Below, one piece after another: positions 1 through 14,573 of a DNA stretch of 64,000 nucleotides; the first letter of the stretch is position 1, and each line of letters begins with the position of its first letter. The DNA is from Macrostomum lignano. Its lineage: Eukaryota. The DNA is taken from contig NIVC01002826.1 in the NCBI GenBank assembly GCA_002269645.1, positions 1 to 64,000 on the forward strand, given 5' to 3'. A program made the translations under genes and the position numbers. The notes beneath the pieces are model-generated. The model did not search any database, was not told the origin of the DNA, and saw only the letters and a list, made by a program, of their open reading frames with translations.

Positions 1-3000
1 ATTACTAAAGCAAGCCTATCTTAATTGATTTCTTTCCTCGCAGATTCTGAAGTCAGCACGCCAGCGACATGCCTAAGAGACAAGAATGCGCTTTAACGAT
101 CAGCAGCGAGCATTCTGATCTCGCCGCTGCATCCGTCATTTGGTTCACTTGCTGCTCACAAGCCGCAGCAGCAGCAGCCGCTATCCGTGCAGGCAGTCAG
201 TCTCTTTGTGAATTTTCTGGTGGATCTGAAGAAAACCCGTCCGGCACAGGATTAAAGAGAAAGAGACGATCTGTTTTGGGTGAGTATTATCTGCTGTAGA
301 AGTATTGTACACCAGAGTACTTGTGTTACTTGGTAGAGCACAATTCAAAAGCAATGCAACAATCTCAGTGGCATTGTTGGGACACAAGCTACAAACGCAT
401 TGAATAGTAAACACAGCCCAGCCTAGCTCAAGGCTAGTAATTTGTTGGGCATTTATTGGGACATTGCAGCCAGGCTATTTTTTGAACAGCATTTGTTGGG
501 TCGCACTTATTGGGACAATACTGATTCTAATCGCGACTACTTCTGAGTTCTGACTTTTCAAAACAGACCCAGCATTAGTTGAACACGTTCTATTAAAGGG
601 TTCCTTTATAGCCTATTAATGATTACTAAAGCAAGCCTATCTTAATTGATTTCTTTTCCTCGCAGATTCTGAAGTCAGCCACGCCAGCGACATGCCTAAG
701 AGACAAGAATGCGCTTTAACGATCAGCAGCGAGCATTCTGATCTCGCCGCTGCATCCGTCATTTGGTTCACTTGCTGCTCACAAGCCGCAGCAGCAGCAG
801 CCGCTATCCGTGCAGGCAGTCAGTCTCTTTGTGAATTTTCTGGTGGATCTGAAGAAAACCCGTCCGGCACAGGATTAAAGAGAAAGAGACGATCTGTTTT
901 GGGTGAGTATTATCTGCTGTAGAAGTATTGTACACCAGAGTACTTGTGTTACTTGGTAGAGCACAATTCAAAAGCAATGCAACAATCTCAGTGGCATTGT
1001 TGGGACACAAGCTACAAACGCATTGAATAGTAAACACAGCCCAGCCTAGCTCAAGGCTAGTAATTTGTTGGGCATTTATTGGGACATTGCAGCCAGGCCT
1101 ATTTTTTGAACAGCATTTGTTGGGTCGCACTTATTGGGACAATACTGATTCTAATCGCGACTACTTCTGAGTTCTGACTTTTCAAAACAGACCCAGCATT
1201 AGTTGAACACGTTCTATTAAAGGGTTCCTTTATAGCCTATTAATGATTACTAAAGCAAGCCTATCTTAATTGATTTCTTTTCCTCGCAGATTCTGAAGTC
1301 AGCCACGCCAGCGACATGCCTAAGAGACAAGAATGCGCTTTAACGATCAGCAGCGAGCATTCTGATCTCGCCGCTGCATCCGTCATTTGGTTCACTTGCT
1401 GCTCACAAGCCGCAGCAGCAGCAGCCGCTATCCGTGCAGGCAGTCAGTCTCTTTGTGAATTTTCTGGTGGATCTGAAGAAAACCCGTCCGGCACAGGATT
1501 AAAGAGAAAGAGACGATCTGTTTTGGGTGAGTATTATCTGCTGTAGAAGTATTGTACACCAGAGTACTTGTGTTACTTGGTAGAGCACAATTCAAAAGCA
1601 ATGCAACAATCTCAGTGGCATTGTTGGGACACAAGCTACAAACGCATTGAATAGTAAACACAGCCCAGCCTAGCTCAAGGCTAGTAATTTGTTGGGCATT
1701 TATTGGGACATTGCAGCCAGGCCTATTTTTTGAACAGCATTTGTTGGGTCGCACTTATTGGGACAATACTGATTCTAATCGCGACTACTTCTGAGTTCTG
1801 ACTTTTCAAAACAGACCCAGCATTAGTTGAACACGTTCTATTAAAGGGTTCCTTTATAGCCTATTAATGATTACTAAAGCAAGCCTATCTTAATTGATTT
1901 CTTTTCCTCGCAGATTCTGAAGTCAGCCACGCCAGCGACATGCCTAAGAGACAAGAATGCGCTTTAACGATCAGCAGCGAGCATTCTGATCTCGCCGCTG
2001 CATCCGTCATTTGGTTCACTTGCTGCTCACAAGCCGCAGCAGCAGCAGCCGCTATCCGTGCAGGCAGTCAGTCTATTTGTGAATTTTCTGGTGGATCTGA
2101 AGAAAACCCGTCCGGCACAGGATTAAAGAGAAAGAGACGATCTGTTTTGGGTGAGTATTATCTGCTGTAGAAGTATTGTACACCAGAGTACTTGTGTTAC
2201 TTGGTAGAGCACAATTCAAAAGCAATGCAACAATCTCAGTGGCATTGTTGGGACACAAGCTACAAACGCATTGAATAGTAAACACAGCCCAGCCTAGCTC
2301 AAGGCTAGTAATTTGTTGGGCATTTATTGGGACATTGCAGCCAGGCCTATTTTTTGAACAGCATTTGTTGGGTCGCACTTATTGGGACAATACTGATTCT
2401 AATCGCGACTACTTCTGAGTTCTGACTTTTCAAAACAGACCCAGCATTAGTTGAACACGTTCTATTAAAGGGTTCCTTTATAGCCTATTAATGATTACTA
2501 AAGCAAGCCTATCTTAATTGATTTCTTTTCCTCGCAGATTCTGAAGTCAGCCACGCCAGCGACATGCCTAAGAGACAAGAATGCGCTTTAACGATCAGCA
2601 GCGAGCATTCTGATCTCGCCGCTGCATCCGTCATTTGGTTCACTTGCTGCTCACAAGCCGCAGCAGCAGCAGCCGCTATCCGTGCAGGCAGTCAGTCTCT
2701 TTGTGAATTTTCTGGTGGATCTGAAGAAAACCCGTCCGGCACAGGATTAAAGAGAAAGAGACGATCTGTTTTGGGTGAGTATTATCTGCTGTAGAAGTAT
2801 TGTACACCAGAGTACTTGTGTTACTTGGTAGAGCACAATTCAAAAGCAATGCAACAATCTCAGTGGCATTGTTGGGACACAAGCTACAAACGCATTGAAT
2901 AGTAAACACAGCCCAGCCTAGCTCAAGGCTAGTAATTTGTTGGGCATTTATTGGGACATTGCAGCCAGGCCTATTTTTTGAACAGCATTTGTTGGGTCGC

Positions 3001-3905
3001 ACTTATTGGGACAATACTGATTCTAATCGCGACTACTTCTGAGTTCTGACTTTTCAAAACAGACCCAGCATTAGTTGAACACGTTCTATTAAAGGGTTCC
3101 TTTATAGCCTATTAATGATTACTAAAGCAAGCCTATCTTAATTGATTTCTTTTCCTCGCAGATTCTGAAGTCAGCCACGCCAGCGACATGCCTAAGAGAC
3201 AAGAATGCGCTTTAACGATCAGCAGCGAGCATTCTGATCTCGCCGCTGCATCCGTCATTTGGTTCACTTGCTGCTCACAAGCCGCAGCAGCAGCAGCCGC
3301 TATCCGTGCAGGCAGTCAGTCTCTTTGTGAATTTTCTGGTGGATCTGAAGAAAACCCGTCCGGCACAGGATTAAAGAGAAAGAGACGATCTGTTTTGGGT
3401 GAGTATTATCTGCTGTAGAAGTATTGTACACCAGAGTACTTGTGTTACTTGGTAGAGCACAATTCAAAAGCAATGCAACAATCTCAGTGGCATTGTTGGG
3501 ACACAAGCTACAAACGCATTGAATAGTAAACACAGCCCAGCCTAGCTCAAGGCTAGTAATTTGTTGGGCATTTATTGGGACATTGCAGCCAGGCCTATTT
3601 TTTGAACAGCATTTGTTGGGTCGCACTTATTGGGACAATACTGATTCTAATCGCGACTACTTCTGAGTTCTGACTTTTCAAAACAGACCCAGCATTAGTT
3701 GAACACGTTCTATTAAAGGGTTCCTTTATAGCCTATTAATGATTACTAAAGCAAGCCTATCTTAATTGATTTCTTTTCCTCGCAGATTCTGAAGTCAGCC
3801 ACGCCAGCGACATGCCTAAGAGACAAGAATGCGCTTTAACGATCAGCAGCGAGCATTCTGATCTCGCCGCTGCATCCGTCATTTGGTTCACTTGCTGCTC
3901 ACAAG

Positions 3906-3941
<36 letters not shown>

Positions 3942-6900
3942 CTATCCGTGCAGGCAGTCAGTCTATTTGTGAATTTTCTGGTGGATCTGAAGAAAACCCG
4001 TCCGGCACAGGATTAAAGAGAAAGAGACGATCTGTTTTGGGTGAGTATTATCTGCTGTAGAAGTATTGTACACCAGAGTACTTGTGTTACTTGGTAGAGC
4101 ACAATTCAAAAGCAATGCAACAATCTCAGTGGCATTGTTGGGACACAAGCTACAAACGCATTGAATAGTAAACACAGCCCAGCCTAGCTCAAGGCTAGTA
4201 ATTTGTTGGGCATTTATTGGGACATTGCAGCCAGGCCTATTTTTTGAACAGCATTTGTTGGGTCGCACTTATTGGGACAATACTGATTCTAATCGCGACT
4301 ACTTCTGAGTTCTGACTTTTCAAAACAGACCCAGCATTAGTTGAACACGTTCTATTAAAGGGTTCCTTTATAGCCTATTAATGATTACTAAAGCAAGCCT
4401 ATCTTAATTGATTTCTTTTCCTCGCAGATTCTGAAGTCAGCCACGCCAGCGACATGCCTAAGAGACAAGAATGCGCTTTAACGATCAGCAGCGAGCATTC
4501 TGATCTCGCCGCTGCATCCGTCATTTGGTTCACTTGCTGCTCACAAGCCGCAGCAGCAGCAGCCGCTATCCGTGCAGGCAGTCAGTCTATTTGTGAATTT
4601 TCTGGTGGATCTGAAGAAAACCCGTCCGGCACAGGATTAAAGAGAAAGAGACGATCTGTTTTGGGTGAGTATTATCTGCTGTAGAAGTATTGTACACCAG
4701 AGTACTTGTGTTACTTGGTAGAGCACAATTCAAAAGCAATGCAACAATCTCAGTGGCATTGTTGGGACACAAGCTACAAACGCATTGAATAGTAAACACA
4801 GCCCAGCCTAGCTCAAGGCTAGTAATTTGTTGGGCATTTATTGGGACATTGCAGCCAGGCCTATTTTTTGAACAGCATTTGTTGGGTCGCACTTATTGGG
4901 ACAATACTGATTCTAATCGCGACTACTTCTGAGTTCTGACTTTTCAAAACAGACCCAGCATTAGTTGAACACGTTCTATTAAAGGGTTCCTTTATAGCCT
5001 ATTAATGATTACTAAAGCAAGCCTATCTTAATTGATTTCTTTTCCTCGCAGATTCTGAAGTCAGCCACGCCAGCGACATGCCTAAGAGACAAGAATGCGC
5101 TTTAACGATCAGCAGCGAGCATTCTGATCTCGCCGCTGCATCCGTCATTTGGTTCACTTGCTGCTCACAAGCCGCAGCAGCAGCAGCCGCTATCCGTGCA
5201 GGCAGTCAGTCTTTTGTGAATTTTCTGGTGGATCTGAAGAAAACCCGTCCGGCACAGGATTAAAGAGAAAGAGACGATCTGTTTTGGGTGAGTATTATCT
5301 GCTGTAGAAGTATTGTACACCAGAGTACTTGTGTTACTTGGTAGAGCACAATTCAAAAGCAATGCAACAATCTCAGTGGCATTGTTGGGACACAAGCTAC
5401 AAACGCATTGAATAGTAAACACAGCCCAGCCTAGCTCAAGGCTAGTAATTTGTTGGGCATTTATTGGGACATTGCAGCCAGGCCTATTTTTTGAACAGCA
5501 TTTGTTGGGTCGCACTTATTGGGACAATACTGATTCTAATCGCGACTACTTCTGAGTTCTGACTTTTCAAAACAGACCCAGCATTAGTTGAACACGTTCT
5601 ATTAAAGGGTTCCTTTATAGCCTATTAATGATTACTAAAGCAAGCCTATCTTAATTGATTTCTTTTCCTCGCAGATTCTGAAGTCAGCCACGCCAGCGAC
5701 ATGCCTAAGAGACAAGAATGCGCTTTAACGATCAGCAGCGAGCATTCTGATCTCGCCGCTGCATCCGTCATTTGGTTCACTTGCTGCTCACAAGCCGCAG
5801 CAGCAGCAGCCGCTATCCGTGCAGGCAGTCAGTCTATTTGTGAATTTTCTGGTGGATCTGAAGAAAACCCGTCCGGCACAGGATTAAAGAGAAAGAGACG
5901 ATCTGTTTTGGGTGAGTATTATCTGCTGTAGAAGTATTGTACACCAGAGTACTTGTGTTACTTGGTAGAGCACAATTCAAAAGCAATGCAACAATCTCAG
6001 TGGCATTGTTGGGACACAAGCTACAAACGCATTGAATAGTAAACACAGCCCAGCCTAGCTCAAGGCTAGTAATTTGTTGGGCATTTATTGGGACATTGCA
6101 GCCAGGCCTATTTTTTGAACAGCATTTGTTGGGTCGCACTTATTGGGACAATACTGATTCTAATCGCGACTACTTCTGAGTTCTGACTTTTCAAAACAGA
6201 CCCAGCATTAGTTGAACACGTTCTATTAAAGGGTTCCTTTATAGCCTATTAATGATTACTAAAGCAAGCCTATCTTAATTGATTTCTTTTCCTCGCAGAT
6301 TCTGAAGTCAGCCACGCCAGCGACATGCCTAAGAGACAAGAATGCGCTTTAACGATCAGCAGCGAGCATTCTGATCTCGCCGCTGCATCCGTCATTTGGT
6401 TCACTTGCTGCTCACAAGCCGCAGCAGCAGCAGCCGCTATCCGTGCAGGCAGTCAGTCTCTTTGTGAATTTTCTGGTGGATCTGAAGAAAACCCGTCCGG
6501 CACAGGATTAAAGAGAAAGAGACGATCTGTTTTGGGTGAGTATTATCTGCTGTAGAAGTATTGTACACCAGAGTACTTGTGTTACTTGGTAGAGCACAAT
6601 TCAAAAGCAATGCAACAATCTCAGTGGCATTGTTGGGACACAAGCTACAAACGCATTGAATAGTAAACACAGCCCAGCCTAGCTCAAGGCTAGTAATTTG
6701 TTGGGCATTTATTGGGACATTGCAGCCAGGCCTATTTTTTGAACAGCATTTGTTGGGTCGCACTTATTGGGACAATACTGATTCTAATCGCGACTACTTC
6801 TGAGTTCTGACTTTTCAAAACAGACCCAGCATTAGTTGAACACGTTCTATTAAAGGGTTCCTTTATAGCCTATTAATGATTACTAAAGCAAGCCTATCTT

Positions 6901-9900
6901 AATTGATTTCTTTTCCTCGCAGATTCTGAAGTCAGCCACGCCAGCGACATGCCTAAGAGACAAGAATGCGCTTTAACGATCAGCAGCGAGCATTCTGATC
7001 TCGCCGCTGCATCCGTCATTTGGTTCACTTGCTGCTCACAAGCCGCAGCAGCAGCAGCCGCTATCCGTGCAGGCAGTCAGTCTCTTTGTGAATTTTCTGG
7101 TGGATCTGAAGAAAACCCGTCCGGCACAGGATTAAAGAGAAAGAGACGATCTGTTTTGGGTGAGTATTATCTGCTGTAGAAGTATTGTACACCAGAGTAC
7201 TTGTGTTACTTGGTAGAGCACAATTCAAAAGCAATGCAACAATCTCAGTGGCATTGTTGGGACACAAGCTACAAACGCATTGAATAGTAAACACAGCCCA
7301 GCCTAGCTCAAGGCTAGTAATTTGTTGGGCATTTATTGGGACATTGCAGCCAGGCCTATTTTTTGAACAGCATTTGTTGGGTCGCACTTATTGGGACAAT
7401 ACTGATTCTAATCGCGACTACTTCTGAGTTCTGACTTTTCAAAACAGACCCAGCATTAGTTGAACACGTTCTATTAAAGGGTTCCTTTATAGCCTATTAA
7501 TGATTACTAAAGCAAGCCTATCTTAATTGATTTCTTTTCCTCGCAGATTCTGAAGTCAGCCACGCCAGCGACATGCCTAAGAGACAAGAATGCGCTTTAA
7601 CGATCAGCAGCGAGCATTCTGATCTCGCCGCTGCATCCGTCATTTGGTTCACTTGCTGCTCACAAGCCGCAGCAGCAGCAGCCGCTATCCGTGCAGGCAG
7701 TCAGTCTCTTTGTGAATTTTCTGGTGGATCTGAAGAAAACCCGTCCGGCACAGGATTAAAGAGAAAGAGACGATCTGTTTTGGGTGAGTATTATCTGCTG
7801 TAGAAGTATTGTACACCAGAGTACTTGTGTTACTTGGTAGAGCACAATTCAAAAGCAATGCAACAATCTCAGTGGCATTGTTGGGACACAAGCTACAAAC
7901 GCATTGAATAGTAAACACAGCCCAGCCTAGCTCAAGGCTAGTAATTTGTTGGGCATTTATTGGGACATTGCAGCCAGGCCTATTTTTTGAACAGCATTTG
8001 TTGGGTCGCACTTATTGGGACAATACTGATTCTAATCGCGACTACTTCTGAGTTCTGACTTTTCAAAACAGACCCAGCATTAGTTGAACACGTTCTATTA
8101 AAGGGTTCCTTTATAGCCTATTAATGATTACTAAAGCAAGCCTATCTTAATTGATTTCTTTTCCTCGCAGATTCTGAAGTCAGCCACGCCAGCGACATGC
8201 CTAAGAGACAAGAATGCGCTTTAACGATCAGCAGCGAGCATTCTGATCTCGCCGCTGCATCCGTCATTTGGTTCACTTGCTGCTCACAAGCCGCAGCAGC
8301 AGCAGCCGCTATCCGTGCAGGCAGTCAGTCTCTTTGTGAATTTTCTGGTGGATCTGAAGAAAACCCGTCCGGCACAGGATTAAAGAGAAAGAGACGATCT
8401 GTTTTGGGTGAGTATTATCTGCTGTAGAAGTATTGTACACCAGAGTACTTGTGTTACTTGGTAGAGCACAATTCAAAAGCAATGCAACAATCTCAGTGGC
8501 ATTGTTGGGACACAAGCTACAAACGCATTGAATAGTAAACACAGCCCAGCCTAGCTCAAGGCTAGTAATTTGTTGGGCATTTATTGGGACATTGCAGCCA
8601 GGCCTATTTTTTGAACAGCATTTGTTGGGTCGCACTTATTGGGACAATACTGATTCTAATCGCGACTACTTCTGAGTTCTGACTTTTCAAAACAGACCCA
8701 GCATTAGTTGAACACGTTCTATTAAAGGGTTCCTTTATAGCCTATTAATGATTACTAAAGCAAGCCTATCTTAATTGATTTCTTTTCCTCGCAGATTCTG
8801 AAGTCAGCCACGCCAGCGACATGCCTAAGAGACAAGAATGCGCTTTAACGATCAGCAGCGAGCATTCTGATCTCGCCGCTGCATCCGTCATTTGGTTCAC
8901 TTGCTGCTCACAAGCCGCAGCAGCAGCAGCCGCTATCCGTGCAGGCAGTCAGTCTCTTTGTGAATTTTCTGGTGGATCTGAAGAAAACCCGTCCGGCACA
9001 GGATTAAAGAGAAAGAGACGATCTGTTTTGGGTGAGTATTATCTGCTGTAGAAGTATTGTACACCAGAGTACTTGTGTTACTTGGTAGAGCACAATTCAA
9101 AAGCAATGCAACAATCTCAGTGGCATTGTTGGGACACAAGCTACAAACGCATTGAATAGTAAACACAGCCCAGCCTAGCTCAAGGCTAGTAATTTGTTGG
9201 GCATTTATTGGGACATTGCAGCCAGGCCTATTTTTTGAACAGCATTTGTTGGGTCGCACTTATTGGGACAATACTGATTCTAATCGCGACTACTTCTGAG
9301 TTCTGACTTTTCAAAACAGACCCAGCATTAGTTGAACACGTTCTATTAAAGGGTTCCTTTATAGCCTATTAATGATTACTAAAGCAAGCCTATCTTAATT
9401 GATTTCTTTTCCTCGCAGATTCTGAAGTCAGCCACGCCAGCGACATGCCTAAGAGACAAGAATGCGCTTTAACGATCAGCAGCGAGCATTCTGATCTCGC
9501 CGCTGCATCCGTCATTTGGTTCACTTGCTGCTCACAAGCCGCAGCAGCAGCAGCCGCTATCCGTGCAGGCAGTCAGTCTCTTTGTGAATTTTCTGGTGGA
9601 TCTGAAGAAAACCCGTCCGGCACAGGATTAAAGAGAAAGAGACGATCTGTTTTGGGTGAGTATTATCTGCTGTAGAAGTATTGTACACCAGAGTACTTGT
9701 GTTACTTGGTAGAGCACAATTCAAAAGCAATGCAACAATCTCAGTGGCATTGTTGGGACACAAGCTACAAACGCATTGAATAGTAAACACAGCCCAGCCT
9801 AGCTCAAGGCTAGTAATTTGTTGGGCATTTATTGGGACATTGCAGCCAGGCCTATTTTTTGAACAGCATTTGTTGGGTCGCACTTATTGGGACAATACTG

Positions 9901-12900
9901 ATTCTAATCGCGACTACTTCTGAGTTCTGACTTTTCAAAACAGACCCAGCATTAGTTGAACACGTTCTATTAAAGGGTTCCTTTATAGCCTATTAATGAT
10001 TACTAAAGCAAGCCTATCTTAATTGATTTCTTTTCCTCGCAGATTCTGAAGTCAGCCACGCCAGCGACATGCCTAAGAGACAAGAATGCGCTTTAACGAT
10101 CAGCAGCGAGCATTCTGATCTCGCCGCTGCATCCGTCATTTGGTTCACTTGCTGCTCACAAGCCGCAGCAGCAGCAGCCGCTATCCGTGCAGGCAGTCAG
10201 TCTCTTTGTGAATTTTCTGGTGGATCTGAAGAAAACCCGTCCGGCACAGGATTAAAGAGAAAGAGACGATCTGTTTTGGGTGAGTATTATCTGCTGTAGA
10301 AGTATTGTACACCAGAGTACTTGTGTTACTTGGTAGAGCACAATTCAAAAGCAATGCAACAATCTCAGTGGCATTGTTGGGACACAAGCTACAAACGCAT
10401 TGAATAGTAAACACAGCCCAGCCTAGCTCAAGGCTAGTAATTTGTTGGGCATTTATTGGGACATTGCAGCCAGGCCTATTTTTTGAACAGCATTTGTTGG
10501 GTCGCACTTATTGGGACAATACTGATTCTAATCGCGACTACTTCTGAGTTCTGACTTTTCAAAACAGACCCAGCATTAGTTGAACACGTTCTATTAAAGG
10601 GTTCCTTTATAGCCTATTAATGATTACTAAAGCAAGCCTATCTTAATTGATTTCTTTTCCTCGCAGATTCTGAAGTCAGCCACGCCAGCGACATGCCTAA
10701 GAGACAAGAATGCGCTTTAACGATCAGCAGCGAGCATTCTGATCTCGCCGCTGCATCCGTCATTTGGTTCACTTGCTGCTCACAAGCCGCAGCAGCAGCA
10801 GCCGCTATCCGTGCAGGCAGTCAGTCTCTTTGTGAATTTTCTGGTGGATCTGAAGAAAACCCGTCCGGCACAGGATTAAAGAGAAAGAGACGATCTGTTT
10901 TGGGTGAGTATTATCTGCTGTAGAAGTATTGTACACCAGAGTACTTGTGTTACTTGGTAGAGCACAATTCAAAAGCAATGCAACAATCTCAGTGGCATTG
11001 TTGGGACACAAGCTACAAACGCATTGAATAGTAAACACAGCCCAGCCTAGCTCAAGGCTAGTAATTTGTTGGGCATTTATTGGGACATTGCAGCCAGGCC
11101 TATTTTTTGAACAGCATTTGTTGGGTCGCACTTATTGGGACAATACTGATTCTAATCGCGACTACTTCTGAGTTCTGACTTTTCAAAACAGACCCAGCAT
11201 TAGTTGAACACGTTCTATTAAAGGGTTCCTTTATAGCCTATTAATGATTACTAAAGCAAGCCTATCTTAATTGATTTCTTTTCCTCGCAGATTCTGAAGT
11301 CAGCCACGCCAGCGACATGCCTAAGAGACAAGAATGCGCTTTAACGATCAGCAGCGAGCATTCTGATCTCGCCGCTGCATCCGTCATTTGGTTCACTTGC
11401 TGCTCACAAGCCGCAGCAGCAGCAGCCGCTATCCGTGCAGGCAGTCAGTCTCTTTGTGAATTTTCTGGTGGATCTGAAGAAAACCCGTCCGGCACAGGAT
11501 TAAAGAGAAAGAGACGATCTGTTTTGGGTGAGTATTATCTGCTGTAGAAGTATTGTACACCAGAGTACTTGTGTTACTTGGTAGAGCACAATTCAAAAGC
11601 AATGCAACAATCTCAGTGGCATTGTTGGGACACAAGCTACAAACGCATTGAATAGTAAACACAGCCCAGCCTAGCTCAAGGCTAGTAATTTGTTGGGCAT
11701 TTATTGGGACATTGCAGCCAGGCCTATTTTTTGAACAGCATTTGTTGGGTCGCACTTATTGGGACAATACTGATTCTAATCGCGACTACTTCTGAGTTCT
11801 GACTTTTCAAAACAGACCCAGCATTAGTTGAACACGTTCTATTAAAGGGTTCCTTTATAGCCTATTAATGATTACTAAAGCAAGCCTATCTTAATTGATT
11901 TCTTTTCCTCGCAGATTCTGAAGTCAGCCACGCCAGCGACATGCCTAAGAGACAAGAATGCGCTTTAACGATCAGCAGCGAGCATTCTGATCTCGCCGCT
12001 GCATCCGTCATTTGGTTCACTTGCTGCTCACAAGCCGCAGCAGCAGCAGCCGCTATCCGTGCAGGCAGTCAGTCTCTTTGTGAATTTTCTGGTGGATCTG
12101 AAGAAAACCCGTCCGGCACAGGATTAAAGAGAAAGAGACGATCTGTTTTGGGTGAGTATTATCTGCTGTAGAAGTATTGTACACCAGAGTACTTGTGTTA
12201 CTTGGTAGAGCACAATTCAAAAGCAATGCAACAATCTCAGTGGCATTGTTGGGACACAAGCTACAAACGCATTGAATAGTAAACACAGCCCAGCCTAGCT
12301 CAAGGCTAGTAATTTGTTGGGCATTTATTGGGACATTGCAGCCAGGCCTATTTTTTGAACAGCATTTGTTGGGTCGCACTTATTGGGACAATACTGATTC
12401 TAATCGCGACTACTTCTGAGTTCTGACTTTTCAAAACAGACCCAGCATTAGTTGAACACGTTCTATTAAAGGGTTCCTTTATAGCCTATTAATGATTACT
12501 AAAGCAAGCCTATCTTAATTGATTTCTTTTCCTCGCAGATTCTGAAGTCAGCCACGCCAGCGACATGCCTAAGAGACAAGAATGCGCTTTAACGATCAGC
12601 AGCGAGCATTCTGATCTCGCCGCTGCATCCGTCATTTGGTTCACTTGCTGCTCACAAGCCGCAGCAGCAGCAGCCGCTATCCGTGCAGGCAGTCAGTCTC
12701 TTTGTGAATTTTCTGGTGGATCTGAAGAAAACCCGTCCGGCACAGGATTAAAGAGAAAGAGACGATCTGTTTTGGGTGAGTATTATCTGCTGTAGAAGTA
12801 TTGTACACCAGAGTACTTGTGTTACTTGGTAGAGCACAATTCAAAAGCAATGCAACAATCTCAGTGGCATTGTTGGGACACAAGCTACAAACGCATTGAA

Positions 12901-14524
12901 TAGTAAACACAGCCCAGCCTAGCTCAAGGCTAGTAATTTGTTGGGCATTTATTGGGACATTGCAGCCAGGCCTATTTTTTGAACAGCATTTGTTGGGTCG
13001 CACTTATTGGGACAATACTGATTCTAATCGCGACTACTTCTGAGTTCTGACTTTTCAAAACAGACCCAGCATTAGTTGAACACGTTCTATTAAAGGGTTC
13101 CTTTATAGCCTATTAATGATTACTAAAGCAAGCCTATCTTAATTGATTTCTTTTCCTCGCAGATTCTGAAGTCAGCCACGCCAGCGACATGCCTAAGAGA
13201 CAAGAATGCGCTTTAACGATCAGCAGCGAGCATTCTGATCTCGCCGCTGCATCCGTCATTTGGTTCACTTGCTGCTCACAAGCCGCAGCAGCAGCAGCCG
13301 CTATCCGTGCAGGCAGTCAGTCTCTTTGTGAATTTTCTGGTGGATCTGAAGAAAACCCGTCCGGCACAGGATTAAAGAGAAAGAGACGATCTGTTTTGGG
13401 TGAGTATTATCTGCTGTAGAAGTATTGTACACCAGAGTACTTGTGTTACTTGGTAGAGCACAATTCAAAAGCAATGCAACAATCTCAGTGGCATTGTTGG
13501 GACACAAGCTACAAACGCATTGAATAGTAAACACAGCCCAGCCTAGCTCAAGGCTAGTAATTTGTTGGGCATTTATTGGGACATTGCAGCCAGGCCTATT
13601 TTTTGAACAGCATTTGTTGGGTCGCACTTATTGGGACAATACTGATTCTAATCGCGACTACTTCTGAGTTCTGACTTTTCAAAACAGACCCAGCATTAGT
13701 TGAACACGTTCTATTAAAGGGTTCCTTTATAGCCTATTAATGATTACTAAAGCAAGCCTATCTTAATTGATTTCTTTTCCTCGCAGATTCTGAAGTCAGC
13801 CACGCCAGCGACATGCCTAAGAGACAAGAATGCGCTTTAACGATCAGCAGCGAGCATTCTGATCTCGCCGCTGCATCCGTCATTTGGTTCACTTGCTGCT
13901 CACAAGCCGCAGCAGCAGCAGCCGCTATCCGTGCAGGCAGTCAGTCTCTTTGTGAATTTTCTGGTGGATCTGAAGAAAACCCGTCCGGCACAGGATTAAA
14001 GAGAAAGAGACGATCTGTTTTGGGTGAGTATTATCTGCTGTAGAAGTATTGTACACCAGAGTACTTGTGTTACTTGGTAGAGCACAATTCAAAAGCAATG
14101 CAACAATCTCAGTGGCATTGTTGGGACACAAGCTACAAACGCATTGAATAGTAAACACAGCCCAGCCTAGCTCAAGGCTAGTAATTTGTTGGGCATTTAT
14201 TGGGACATTGCAGCCAGGCCTATTTTTTGAACAGCATTTGTTGGGTCGCACTTATTGGGACAATACTGATTCTAATCGCGACTACTTCTGAGTTCTGACT
14301 TTTCAAAACAGACCCAGCATTAGTTGAACACGTTCTATTAAAGGGTTCCTTTATAGCCTATTAATGATTACTAAAGCAAGCCTATCTTAATTGATTTCTT
14401 TTCCTCGCAGATTCTGAAGTCAGCCACGCCAGCGACATGCCTAAGAGACAAGAATGCGCTTTAACGATCAGCAGCGAGCATTCTGATCTCGCCGCTGCAT
14501 CCGTCATTTGGTTCACTTGCTGCT

Positions 14525-14573
<49 letters not shown>

